DNA of 64,000 nt from positions 23,126,001 through 23,190,000 of the forward strand of contig OX597834.1 of the NCBI GenBank assembly GCA_951406725.2. Direction: 5' to 3'. Made by a program: the position numbers and the translations under genes. Under the pieces are notes generated by a model. That model was not told the DNA's origin and did not search any database. It saw only the letters and a list, made by a program, of their open reading frames with translations. This document shows, one piece after another, positions 35,431 through 48,379 of the stretch; the stretch's first letter is position 1; the number at the start of each line of letters is the position of its first letter. The stretch comes from Octopus vulgaris (taxonomy: Eukaryota).

Positions 35431-36320
35431 TGTTACGAGGGGACCTCCGAGAAGAACAAAAGCTGTTACGGAATCCCTCACACAGGCCCGTTCGATCAGC
35501 AAATGTTCGCCACGGAAACTCGGAGAGGAGAGAGAGAGACAACAACTACAACAGCAACCGCAAGAAGAGACACAGAGGCAATCGAGAGAGACACAAAGAA
35601 GGCAATTGGCTACGTTTAACAACTAGTTTATATGACTATTAATTGTTACAACATCAAATACATATCAGATACATTTAAAGAGGAAATACATGCAAGTAAC
35701 AGAATCAACGCATCACAGCATTTAAACATGCAAGTAACAACACATCAAATGCAATAAGAACAGCATTTAAAGAGTACACGTCGAATTAAACAACAAATCA
35801 ATACATCATACAGTCCGGAGACAACAGCTCTGTTTCAAATCACATTAACGTTACAGTTCAAAGGACATTAAAGGCATATCAGTTCAATGTTTATTACACA
35901 GTTCTCTCTTTTACATAAATAGTTCTGTAACATATATCAACACAGTTCCCATTGTTCTTTTTTTACTGTCTCATTTCTTTTATGTTTCAATACATCGATT
36001 CTTTTTTCCTTCTTTCTCTTCACATATCAATACAACAATAACACATACCGTTCAGTTCCTGCTATAATAGCCAATGTCTCATATTGTACCTCATCTCTCT
36101 TAGCACTGCTAAATCCAACTGCTAAACTGCTTGCCTTGTCACCACCCCAATCTCTCTCTGCTGGAACTGATTTACAGACTCACAGCTCCGGCAAAAGGGT
36201 AGGGGTCCTTCCAAAAGCCATTACTCTTCCCAAAACAAAGGACTATAACTTTGCATTCCAGACTTTCAGACTCCACCCCAAGCAAAGTAGGTCAAGAAGT
36301 ACTGTGAACCATTCACAACA
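35431..36320. mobile_element. Probable solo LTR
   Basis: TGTT...AACA termini flanked by ATAT within (TA)n; no coding capacity. Confidence 0.6.
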
Positions 36321-36609
36321 ATATATATATATATATACATATATGTATTTAGATATATATAATGTAGAAAAAGACCCCACAACTTTCAAATGGTACCTAG
36401 ACAACTTCCTCCAGGCAATACAGGATAAACCACCTACACATGGATACATCTCAACCAGCAACAACTCTCTGGTTGAGTAGTCCATGGTGTCCCGAAATAA
36501 TTAACTAAAAGACTTTTCCAGGTGTTGCTATTGAGTTAGTGATGGCCTGGGCCGATAATGGCCAAAACCAATCTAAGTTATCTAAGTTATATATATATAT
36601 AACTTCAAA

Positions 36610-36817
36610 ATGTGACCGCGTGTGTACCGTTGGCGATTTTTTTCCTCTGTCTTCCCTTCTCTGGATCTTTCCTTCTCCTATGTTTCTGACGAAGAGCTCC
36701 ACTCGAAATGTTAAACCCTCCTTCTTTCCGTCTTTCCTGAGCATCCAATAATACTATATTTGTTCCACGTCCTCGTGTTGTTGTGTTTTTTTTGTGCTTT
36801 CATGTTTGGATTAACTT

Positions 36818-36825
<8 letters not shown>
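36610..36825 (+). mobile_element. Penelope-like terminal fragment with hammerhead-like motif (36682-36716)
   Basis: GTTT-CTGACGA-A-GAG..CTC-GAAAT-GTT-AAAC, between (TA)n runs. Confidence 0.6.
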
Positions 36826-36853
<28 letters not shown>

Positions 36854-36856
<3 letters not shown>

Positions 36857-38496
36857 CAAAGGCTAAAGTTCTAATTAGCAGAACAGACAGAACAGTAATC
36901 CCTTCAAGTAAAGGGCCCCGTTCCATATGTAGACAAGGTATAGGTAGAAATTCCATACGGTGTGCTCAGTGCAAACTATAGACACATAAGAGTTTCAGTG
37001 GAATTAAAAGTAGGTTAACTGAGAAAGTAGAAGTTTTTTGTGGCAGATGTGCAGGTGCAATAAATAGTAAGAGTACACAGGAAATAGATGTAGTGAAATG
37101 CTTAGGAAGCTCCCTGGAAGTAGTGGATATTTTCTGTTATTTAAGTGACCTAATTAGCAATGGAGAAAATTGCTCTGAAAATATAGTTGCTAGATTATGA
37201 ATTGGTTAGAGAAAGTTCAGAGAACTTTTACCTGAGTTGGTAGCAAAGAGCCTCTCTGTTAGAGTGAAAGGCATATTATATGAAGCCTGTGTATGGTCGG
37301 CTTTGCTACATGACAGTGAAACATGAGCTGTGGCTGCAAATGGACATGAGGAGGCTCAAATGAAATGAACCCTACATGTTTCACTGGATGTGCAAAGTCA
37401 GTGTGCAAGCGTAAATGTTTTAAGTGAAAAATTGGATATAAAAGCCATTAGATGTAGAGTGCAAGAGAAAAGACTGCACTGGTATGGTTGTGTTATGTGT
37501 ATGAATGAGGCCAGCTGCATGCAGTGCTGATATCTAAATGTGGAGGAAAGAAGGAACCTGTGAAAAGGGTAGGCCGAGGAAGATATGTGACAAAGTGGTG
37601 AGAAATGATCTTCAGAGATTGAGCTTCACTGAAAGGATAACAAAGAACTGAGACAATTGGCAATTTGCTATGTTTGAGAAGACTCTCCCGGTTAAGTAAA
37701 ATCAAGACCATAAAGGCATGTCCTTTATGTCCCTGACCCTACCCCACCCTGAAAACCTCTTTACCTCTTCCCATCTTTCCTGCACTTTCCATTTCCCCTG
37801 TTTTCATGCTCACCATCTGCTGAACCCACCTCCTCACTGTCCCCCTATCACCCCTGATGAATCTCTTCTCCTCAACATATTCCTAGTTAAGCCCTCCCTC
37901 TATTTCTGTCCACTCACTACATTCCCTCCTCCACTCTACTTACCACCCTCCTTTCACAATCCTGTCAATTTACTCCACTACTAATCCTCTCCAGTCCCTG
38001 GTCCCACTAATATACACCTTCTTGTACCTTGAGTAGACCCCCTGTCATATCTTCACCACCTTCTCTCTCCTCTCTCTCTTCTCCTTCCTCTCTCTCTTCT
38101 CCTTCCTCTCTCTCTTCTTTCCCTTCTCTCTCTCCCCTACCGAAGTAGCCATGTATCACCTTAATTGCAAGACACCTATCTTTGTCCTATTCATACATTA
38201 ACCTCTCATCACCTGGTACAAAGCCACCTTCCTCAATACTACTTCGCCTCTCAGCTGAGGAAGGGGTTTTGTCGTGCAAGTTATTTGGTGACTTCACTGG
38301 TGCTGGTGCCTCATAAAAAGCACCCAGTCCACACTCTGTAAAGTGGTTGGCATTAGGAAGGGCATCTAGCTGTAGAAACCCTGCCAAAGCAGTAGAGCTT
38401 GGCACAGTCCTTTGGCTTGCCATCATCACCAGCATCTGTCAAACTGTCCAACTCCTACTGGCATAGAAAATAGACATTAGATGATGATGTTGATGA

Positions 38497-38497
<1 letters not shown>
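36854..38497 (+). mobile_element. Decayed RTE-X-type LINE
   Basis: TKAKVL..SICRQGIGRNSIRCAQCKL, homologous to 18880-20301; many stops; (GAT)n tail. Confidence 0.8.
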
Positions 38498-38552
<55 letters not shown>

Positions 38553-38972
38553 CAAATTGAAGGAATGGAGCAGGTAAAATTCGAGCTACATATGTTTCCT
38601 AACTAGCAGAACCTTGGGAGTAATAATTACTCAATGAAAGGTACTCAGCTGGCTACTCATTAGGCCAAATATACCTGAATTACATGAAGTTCGTTAAGGA
38701 GTCCGAAGTTAACTTGGATATATAATTTAAAATGAACTATAAAAAGACATTTTCAGTTTATTGAACTTCAATATCGGAAAACCCTACAACCTTCTACATC
38801 AATAAACCATTATTGTTACTGAAAGTTGTTTTTTATACTTTCTACAGACTACCTAAAGCTTATTAATTTCCTGCACCTGGATCCTTGGATCTTACAATTA
38901 CATATACATCATCATCATTATCATCATCATCATCATCATCATCGTTTAACGTCCATTCTCCATGCTAGCATC

Positions 38973-39028
<56 letters not shown>

Positions 39029-39062
39029 GATGATGATAATATATATACATCATAATACATTA

Positions 39063-39104
<42 letters not shown>

Positions 39105-39106
39105 TG

Positions 39107-39310
39107 TTGAATCGTTAGCTCCTGCATGTATTTTTTTTCTCTCCTTGTTTCTCTCCGTGTTTCTTTTCTGTGTATCTTTCTGTTGAAGAGCGTAGGCTCG
39201 AAACGTAAAAGACTTGTTTTATTTCTATTCCTGAGCGGCATACTAATACAATTGTTTGTTTGTACTCCATCTGCCTTCGTCTTTTGTTTATTTTCGTAAA
39301 GCTTCCCGTT
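39107..39310 (+). mobile_element. Penelope-like terminal fragment with hammerhead-like motif (39175-39212)
   Basis: Motif identical to 20363-20400; flanked by (TA)n. Confidence 0.65.
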
Positions 39311-39315
39311 ATATA

Positions 39316-39355
<40 letters not shown>

Positions 39356-39724
39356 TATGACTTTTTAGGTGCAAATTTCCTTTCTAATTATGCTGCTTGC
39401 TCAATCGGTTATGGTTGTGAAGCCGGTGCTATATCCAACCACTGATACACCAATATAATCAGTAATTACTTAATGTGCAAAGGAAAAGCACAATTTTAAT
39501 GTGTTGTTCGTTAGCCTATTTTGTAAGTAACCATACTTCACTGGTGCTGGTGCCTCATAAAAAGCACCCAGTTCACACTCTATAAAGTGGTTGGCATTAG
39601 GAAGGGCATCTAGCTGTAGAAACCCTGCCAAAGCAGTAGAGCTTGGCACAGTCCTCTGGCTTGCCATCATCACCATGTATTTATATATCCATCTGTTCAT
39701 CCATACACATATGCATACATCCAT

Positions 39725-39788
<64 letters not shown>

Positions 39789-40065
39789 GATGAGCTTTGT
39801 TTAGTTTTTGTCTCTCAAATTCACTCATTAAGCTTTGGTTGTGCCTGAATGGATTTGGTTGGCCTGGGGCTATAGCAGAAGTCACTTGTCCTCAGTGCCA
39901 TGCAGTAGAACTGAACCTGGAACCATGTATTTATATATCCCTCTGTCCATCCATACACATATGCATCCATCCATCCATATGTATATACCTATATACATAG
40001 ATGTATACATACATGTATGTATATCTTTGTGTATTTCCTGGTAGCAAGGATGTTGTGAACTTCAA

Positions 40066-40133
<68 letters not shown>

Positions 40134-40292
40134 GCGCGGACACACACTCTTAGCAATTTTGACCTGAAAAATTTGAAAAATGAGAGAAGTTATCTGAAAG
40201 GTTTCAACACTTTCAGACACTTGATATAGCTTTGTCAGTGACCTAGCAACAGACAGATCCTGTTGATCTCATAATATCTTGAGTTTCTTTCA

Positions 40293-40890
40293 TTATAGGG
40301 TGCGTCAGTTTTTTGAGGTCATTTGTATGAATTTAGAAATGGACACTTAGCTCATTAAAGAAAAGCTGCATTTGCAAACAAATTGAGGAACGGTTTTTTC
40401 ACACGTATTCAATGGATCTCCCATTAGTGTCAATGGCTGTTTAAGTATGGGGTCGGAAGTATTAACAAGCCTGAATCAGATGATCTTCTTCAAGTTTGGA
40501 TGTAATTTCTGTTTATAGCAGACTAGAGAAATTGTGTGTTGTTATGGGGGTGATTGACCTCACCTTGGCTAAGACTCCTAAGTAAATAGTCCAGTGGATT
40601 GAGGTCTAGTGAGCCAAGAGACCATGTGTCTGGGAGAACATGATCATGGAGATTGGTGCACATCCATGCATGGGTTGTCCTAGTCTTATGAGTCTGGTTG
40701 GAAGACGTATGGTCTTCCATTGTGTACTCTGTCTCTCCAAGGCCTCACAACTGTATAGAGGCAGCAGCATTGACTTTCAAACCCTGTGAAAAAAACAAAA
40801 AAAACAAGGGGTCATAACTTCTCCATCATTGCTAACTCCCAGAACTATTTCAGTTGCTGGCAACTTAGCATGCATGACTGTTGGACCCTA
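40293..40890 (-). mobile_element. Decayed Tc1/mariner (DD37D-like) transposase remnant
   Basis: W...SLDLNPLDY motif; TATAGGGTG terminus. Confidence 0.6.
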
Positions 40891-41715
40891 GCATTGGAAG
40901 TGAAATGCATTTATAGAGCTTCAAAATTACAGCAACATTCTTCCTAAACCAGGACTGCCATGTTATGTTGGCAAAAATATTTACTCTATAAATATTTTCA
41001 TTAATAATAATTTAATTAATATATATTGATTGCAATTTTTTCATTTCAAGTGTGACACCTATCATGATTGGTGCACTTGGGACCATCTCAAAGAAAGCAA
41101 TGTTCTTGCATGAAAAGCTGAAAATAGCCAAGGTTATAGGAAATCCTCAGTTGGCAGCAATAATTAGGATTGGGACAGCACATGCACTTGAGGACAGCTC
41201 ATGCACTTGTATTTATAAGCTGTGGGCAGCAGCTGGGATGTGACAGAGATAACCTAGGAACAGACAGAATAATGATAGCAGCAGCAGCAACAGTAGCAGT
41301 AGTAGTAGTAGTACTGTATTTTAACGTGTGTAAGGAACCCTTCTTTGTTAAAAATTAGGTTAAAAAATATGGGAATTTCTTATACATGGATAGTATTATA
41401 ATCCCTTACAAAACTTTTTTCCCAAATTTTAAGCCCCCAAAATTAGGAGGTTCCTGATACACGAGGGTCCCTTATACACATTAAAATATGGTAATTCTAA
41501 TTTTGGTACAAGGCCAGTAAGTTTTGTGTGGTTGGGGAGGTATTTTAATTTATTGACCTAGAAAGGAAGAAGGCAAAGTTGACCTGTATATATGCTTGCA
41601 TGTATGTATGCATGCATGTATGTATGTATGTATGTATGTAAGTAAGTAAGTAAGTATGTGTGTATGGTATGTATGGTGTGTATGGTGTGTATGTATGTAT
41701 GCATGCATTTATGTA

Positions 41716-42796
41716 CATAGTCTGATCAATAAGTATCCGGACTGTTGCTATAGTAACAATGCTAAAGCACAGAGAGTAAAGCTATTTGGCACTGATTGAC
41801 CTTGAATTCTGCATCAAATTTTGCCAAAAGCTTGGCGATATCTGCTCAGAGGCCTACACAAAGTTTTCAAAAAGTTTTCATTGTTCTCAACACAATCAAG
41901 GAAAGTGTCCTTTTTTATCAACTGAAAGCAGTTTTGGCACAAACTTGGCAGACATGAGTCTCATACCCAAATCTTCAGAGATAATGGACTGAACTGAACT
42001 GTAACTAATCTGCACGTCCTCTGATAACTCACAGATGGTGATTCGACGATTTCTGCTCACAGCTGCATGCACATCTGCTATGGTTTTGGCATTTCTGCTG
42101 GTTGTGGGTCTCCCTGAACGTTTATCAATATCAACATTTTTTTGGCCATCTTGGAAACATCTGAACCACTCGTCCACTTGCGTGCATCTCATACATTCCT
42201 CTTCATACACTTTCTGCAACCTTGCATAGACCTCTAAGCAGATATCACCATGACAACGTTCTCTGTCATGGTCAATGTGATGATCACACACACTACATAC
42301 CTTCCTTCCAAGCACTTCTGTAAACCGTAGACGTGAGCAAGTTAAGTTAAGTTAAGTTAATTTTTTGGCTCAAAAAGCAAAAGCAAGGCCATGTAGGGGG
42401 ACATGGAGTTATGTACAGGGAGGGTGTTCATGCAAAGAGTTCAGGCCATTTCTGGTCAAGAGAGTCTTTGAACCGAGCGGTTGTCGGCATCTTCACTATC
42501 TCGTCCGGCAGCTTATTACATGGATCCGCAACCCGGACGGAGAAACCTCTCTTCTTCGATTGAGATGAAATCGTCGCAGATAGATCTTTTCGGAGTGACC
42601 CCGCAGCCGATGTTCTGGAGCAGGAGTGAAGAACAGCTCTTTCAAGAGGTTACACTTTCCGCTTATGATGTTGTGATTAAAACTTAGTACGCATGCACTG
42701 CAAAGTTGAAGGTCAATATATGCCTGGCAGCATCATTCTGCAGGCTTTAGCTTTGTTACTATAGCAACAGTCCGGATACTTATTGATCAGACCAAG
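41716..42796 (-). mobile_element. Defective mariner element with TIRs and TA TSD
   Basis: TIR GTCTGATCAATAAGTATCCGGACTGTTGCTATAGTAACAA at both ends; HTH fragment EWFRCF..RSGRP..RRITICEL..AKFVPKLL. Confidence 0.85.
42339..42686 (-). mobile_element. CR1-clade LINE 3' fragment nested in the mariner
   Basis: LRGHSEKIYLRRFHLNRRR and RFKDSLDQKW motifs; (TTAAC)n tail. Confidence 0.7.
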
Positions 42797-43519
42797 TATG
42801 TATTATATGTATGTACACATGCATGTATGTATGTATTGCATGCATGTATGTATGTATGTATGTATGTATACATGCATGTATGTTTTCATGTAGGCATGTA
42901 TGTATATATGTGTATATGGTATGCATGTATGTATATATGTATGCATGTATGTAGGCATGTATGTATGACATGCATGCATACATGTATATATACATGCATG
43001 CATGTATGTATATATGCATGTGTGTATGTATGTATGCATGTATTGTATGTATATAAGTATGTATGCATGTTTTGAGTGGTTGGGGAGGTACTTTAATCTA
43101 TTGATGCAGAAAGGACAAAAGGCGAAGTTGACCTGTATATATGCTTGCACGCACACACATATGTGTGTGTGTGTGTGTGCACGCGTGTATGCGTGTGTGT
43201 GAGTGTGTGTGTATTAGGATTATTCCAGACAGCCAACGCCCCGACAACAATTGAGCTTGATTTAACAATGGAACCTGATGCAGCTCTCTGGCTTAGCAAT
43301 TCCAGTCAAACTGTCTAACTCACATCAGCATGGGAAGCAGATGTTAAATGATGGTGATGGTGGTGATGGTGGTGGTGGTGGTGATGGTGATGATAGTGAC
43401 GACGACGATGACGACAGCGGCGATGGCGGTGGTGATGACGATGACGATGATGACAATGCTGATGACGAATAACATAACCTAAGCATAAAAACATTTAATA
43501 ATATCATTTACTTATTTAT

Positions 43520-44258
43520 TTACTAAAGAGTAATTTTATTCAATAAAATCTCCATTGGCTTTGACCACAGCCTCCAGACGACTTTGGATCCTCCTGCAAC
43601 TCTTCTGGATGGTCTCTCTTTGTTTAAGTTGGTGAATGCTACCATAATCCTTGCTTTCTGTTTATCTTCAGTGTTACAAGGAGATTTGTTGATCTCTCAC
43701 TCAACTGGACCCCACACATAATAATCGAGGGGTTTGCAGATTGGAGAGTAAAGTGGCCGGATGTTAGGAGTGATGTGGTCATAGAAATTGTCTGACAGCC
43801 ATGACTGGGTTCTCCTGCTTGTGTGGTATGGTGCAGAGTCCTGTTGCCAGACATAGGATCTTCTAGCAGCCGCCACCCTCTTGATCCAGGGCAGTTCTAC
43901 CTCCTCCGGGCACTTGATGTAGGCCTCTGTGTTGGGTCTTAGGCCATGTGAGAAGATGAATGGAGGCATAATGTCACCATCACTAGTTATCACTCCAAAC
44001 ACCATGATGTTGACTGGATGTTTAATTTTTATCACTCTTGGTACATATTTGTACTGGAGCTTTTGGTGTGAATACCAAGCAGAACAGCATGTCATTTCCA
44101 AATTTCTGGCAGAGTGAATTGCATCATGGTGCTGTTTTTCTCACAGATGGTGCCCAACTGACCCGACTATATCAAAAACCCTACGAAATCAAAAATGAAC
44201 AATGTGCATGCACGAAATTTAAAATATAACATGGTGACAATTTACCTATCACACCCTG
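43520..44258 (-). mobile_element. Tc1/mariner DD37D (maT-like) transposase remnant, internally deleted
   Basis: MVFGVITSDG..MPP..WQQDSAPYH..PLDYYVWG; terminus TA|CAGGGTG. Confidence 0.8.
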
Positions 44259-46029
44259 TACGTATATATATCTGTGTGTGTGTATGTATACACACACACA
44301 TATATTGAGCAAAGTAATATCTATGTCCATGTCTCTCTCATTCCCTTTCAATCCATCCATGCTCATCACTGCTTTTTCTCCCCTCCCCTCTATTGTCCCT
44401 CATAAATCCACCAACCTACCTGTATGTAAAAACCCCAGTTAAATCTTTTCCCTTCTCTGCCACCTTTAGCTCCCACTCTCCTTTTGAAATTTTGTCACCC
44501 ACCTACACACCCTCTCCAACTCCCTGTCCACTCCATTATATACATCACTCAGTCACTTGTGTATGAACCCTGTCCCCTCTTGGTCACACCATCTTTCTCT
44601 CCTCTCTCTCTCTTTCCCTCTCCATCTGAGGAAGCCATGTCACTTTTCTGATGCAAGACACCATGTCTGTCCCCTAATACTACTCCCATCAGTTGAGAGG
44701 TCTTGTCCTGCAAATTACTTAGTGAATTCAGCGCTGCTGATGCCATGTAAAAAGAACCCAGTCTACTCTGTCAAGTGGCTGACATAAGGAAGGGCGTCCA
44801 GCTGTAGAAACCATATCAAAACAGACAGCATAGCTTGGTGGAGTCTTTGGACTTGCTGCTTCCTGTCAAGCCATCCTACCCAGGCCCAGCCTGGAAAACA
44901 GCCGTTAAATGATGATAAATAATGACAATATACAAACACATGTATTAATAAGTAAATATGAGCGTGCACACACGCACACACATTCATAACATATGCACTT
45001 ACACACAAAAATACACACAATATTTACATATGAACACACTAACACTCTGAAATAGGTGCCATTGTCACATCAGTAAAGAATGTCAATGGCTTTTAATTAT
45101 CTGCAACACTGTGTAACTGTAGTAAAATATAAAAACACTTTTTTTGATATCTGAAATTTCGCAAACTAAAACAGGAAATAGCCAAGAGATATGACTGCTT
45201 TCTCAACAAAATACAAATACACCATAGCTGACCTGGAAATAAAGAACAATAAAGTACTAAATGCTGGCCTATTACAGTACATCTGGTGCTAAATTGTTTA
45301 ATTTGTCAAGGAGAAGCACTTGTCAGGCTCTTAGAAAAAATTTTCTAGTTTATCCAATTTTCAAGAACTCTACTGATTGTTTCTCCTCCTTAGTTCAGTA
45401 TAAATCAGTTAGAGCTCAGTATAGATCAGTTAGAGTTTTGAGCATCAAAAGCAAGCTTTTTTTAATCTATTGTTAATTCGCAGACTCTTAATTGTTGAAA
45501 ATAAAACCAATCTCTTTTATGACATCTCCAAATTAGTTTTAACTCTTTCGTTACCATATTTCTGTCAAAATACACTGATTTTGTTTGAGTTAATTTTGGA
45601 AATGAAGGGTTTTGTGAAATAGGTCTGGTGTTTGAAAGCGGCAAGCTGGCAGAATCGTTAGCACACTGGGCAAAATGCTTGGCGGTATTTCGTTTGCTGT
45701 TATGTTCTGAGTTCAAATTCCGCTGAGGTTAACTTTGTCTTTCATCTTTTCGGGGTCGATTAAATAAGTACCAGTTATGTACTGGGATCAATGTAATCAA
45801 CTTAATCCTTTTGTGTGTCCTCATTTGTCCCCTCTATGTTTAGTCCTCTGTATATCTGATGTGGAATATCTGCTCTGAGTGTGCCCGTGTGGCTCTTGAG
45901 TACACATTGGGTAATCTGTCAATACTTGTGAAAGTGTGCAGAACTGGAAGGACAAATCTGTATTTACTTTAGTAAGCATTGTTTGGAAAATACTCTTTGA
46001 ATTTTCAAAAACATTTTTTCAAACTCAAT

Positions 46030-46258
46030 TGAACCCTTTCATTATCAACCCGGCCGAAACCGCCTCTAGCTCTGTACTACAAATGTCTTATTTTCTTAAG
46101 TTTTGAATTAAAATCTTCCACCAAACCTTAGTCACAATTTATGTTACTAACACTAGCTTAATGGTAACCAAGTTATTTTACTAAATTCTTTGTAATATTT
46201 AAAATAATTGAAAGAAACACAGAGCATCTCAAAATAAACATGGTAATGAAAGGGTTAA
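46030..46258. mobile_element. piggyBac-like MITE
   Basis: AACCCTTTCATTA ... TAATGAAAGGGTTAA termini. Confidence 0.65.
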
Positions 46259-46379
46259 GATGTTATTTTTGTAGCGTTTTAGACGAAATTTTACATGCTT
46301 TGGAATTGAAATGTACTCTTTAATGAATTTTTATTGATTTCTTTCACAATATAATTTTGAAGTGTAAAAATCCTTAATT

Positions 46380-47102
46380 TCAAGCATGAGAAAAAAAAAA
46401 AGAAATGTGTTTACTATTTTTGCATGAATTCAAGTTTGGATGCAATGCTTCCCAAACAGAGCGTGGGGTGAAGGGTCCATTAGTGATCGGATGGTACGGC
46501 GGTGGTTTGAGAGATTCCATAGTGGGGATGAGAGGTTTGAAGATCAAGAAATTAGAGGATGTCCATCCACCCTTGATGATCAGCATTTGAAAACAATACA
46601 GCTTTCTGGAACCTAACCAGAGCATTACAGTGGACGTTTACTGTAAGCAACTGGAAGAAATGCATGTTCACTTGAGCAAAATGAGATCTGCACTTGTTAA
46701 TTGATGTGGTCCAGTTCTACTACATGACAACGCTTGACTGCACATTTTCAAGATGACACTGCAGAAGCTCACAGATTTGGGATAAGAGACTTTACCACAT
46801 CCTCCATATTCTTTTGATCTTTTACCCATTGACTCCCACCTTTATAAGTACCTACACACATTTTTAAGGTGAAAAAAACCTTCCATTCCAGAACTAAGGT
46901 CAAAACTGAATTCAAGGATTTCTTGGCATCAAAATCTTTGGATTTTTATTGAAGAGACATAAATGACCTTGTTAATTGATGGGGGAAATGCATGGCTGTT
47001 CAGGGGTCATATTTTGAATAATTAAAACCTTTGTATAAGTTCAGTTTTTCTAGAATATAGGCTTATTTTTAAAATTGGCCATTATTTTCTGAACAGCCTA
47101 AT
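46380..47102 (+). mobile_element. Decayed mariner (DD34D-like) transposase
   Basis: FLHEFKFG.NASQ; VLLHDNA; LPHPPYSFDL.P.D motifs with stops. Confidence 0.8.
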
Positions 47103-47206
47103 TCATATACATCAACACACATTATTAGTGTACTGGTGCACTTATCCACAACTCTACTCTGGTGCTTTTACTATTTAAATATCTGATTCCATCACATCCT
47201 AACATT

Positions 47207-47323
<117 letters not shown>

Positions 47324-48029
47324 AACACACATGCATTGGACATCTACACACTGTGTTTATTCATTGGAGTTTTTCACCATCATCATCACAAACCGCCACC
47401 ATATACCACGCCCATCACTGTCACCACCACCACAACCACCACAATCACCACCACTACTGCCACCACCACCTCTACCTCCACAAGCATCACCACTTCAGTG
47501 TGAGAAACTAAATGACTTCAAGTGTTGACAGGTGTTACACAATAACCCTAGCCTTGCCATACCCTCTCCATCTCCTACTCCATCTCCTGACAACCTACTT
47601 GAACTGATATCTAAAACTCAGAGTTTCTCTGATTGACAGCAAACTATCCTGATAAAGCCAAGAGCATTCTTTAACGAAGCAACAGGTGGCCATTGGCAGG
47701 ACATAGTTATCAAATGACTGCTATCCACCCATTACTGTTTCTGTCGGCCTCATCTCCCATCTCACTGCACCCTTTCTTCCTTTTGATAATTTATTCCTAA
47801 CAATTTGTGGAATTCAACTAAAGACTCCACCACCTGATCGTTAAGTAGTTTGCAAATTAGCTTCTTGGCCATGTGGTTTCAAGTTCAGTCCCACTGGACA
47901 GATGTGTTTTAATACAAGCCTTGGGCTGACCAAAGCCTTCTCTGTGAATTCAATTGAAGTCCAGTTTATATGAATATAGATATATATCTGAATGTCTGTT
48001 TATACAAATGTATGTACACATACACACAC

Positions 48030-48103
<74 letters not shown>

Positions 48104-48379
48104 CACTATGACCCGGTGTTGCCGGGTCATAGTGCTAGTGCATGCATATACAGCTGTGTGTGTGTGCACATACATGCGAGTACTGTCCAAATCTCCGACC
48201 AATCACATACAGCTAGCTGGCATTCAATTGGCATATCAAGTTTCGGGCATTTTGATTGGGTTTTGGATAGAAAATTCACAAAAAAGTCACTTCTATTGAT
48301 TTTTTAATGGCTTTGCAGGGTGACTGGGGAAAAGTAAAGATGTGCATGACCACCTTGAAAAACAGCACTGGTTGCCCTT

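Noticed and set aside
42780-43210. YIHT/MYVC-rich ORFs (also 55396-55877 and the YIYI ORFs)
   Set aside because: Translations of (TA)n/(CA)n/(TATG)n low-complexity DNA
45040-45235. Possible minus-strand exon after a good acceptor
   Set aside because: No recognisable open frame or partner exons
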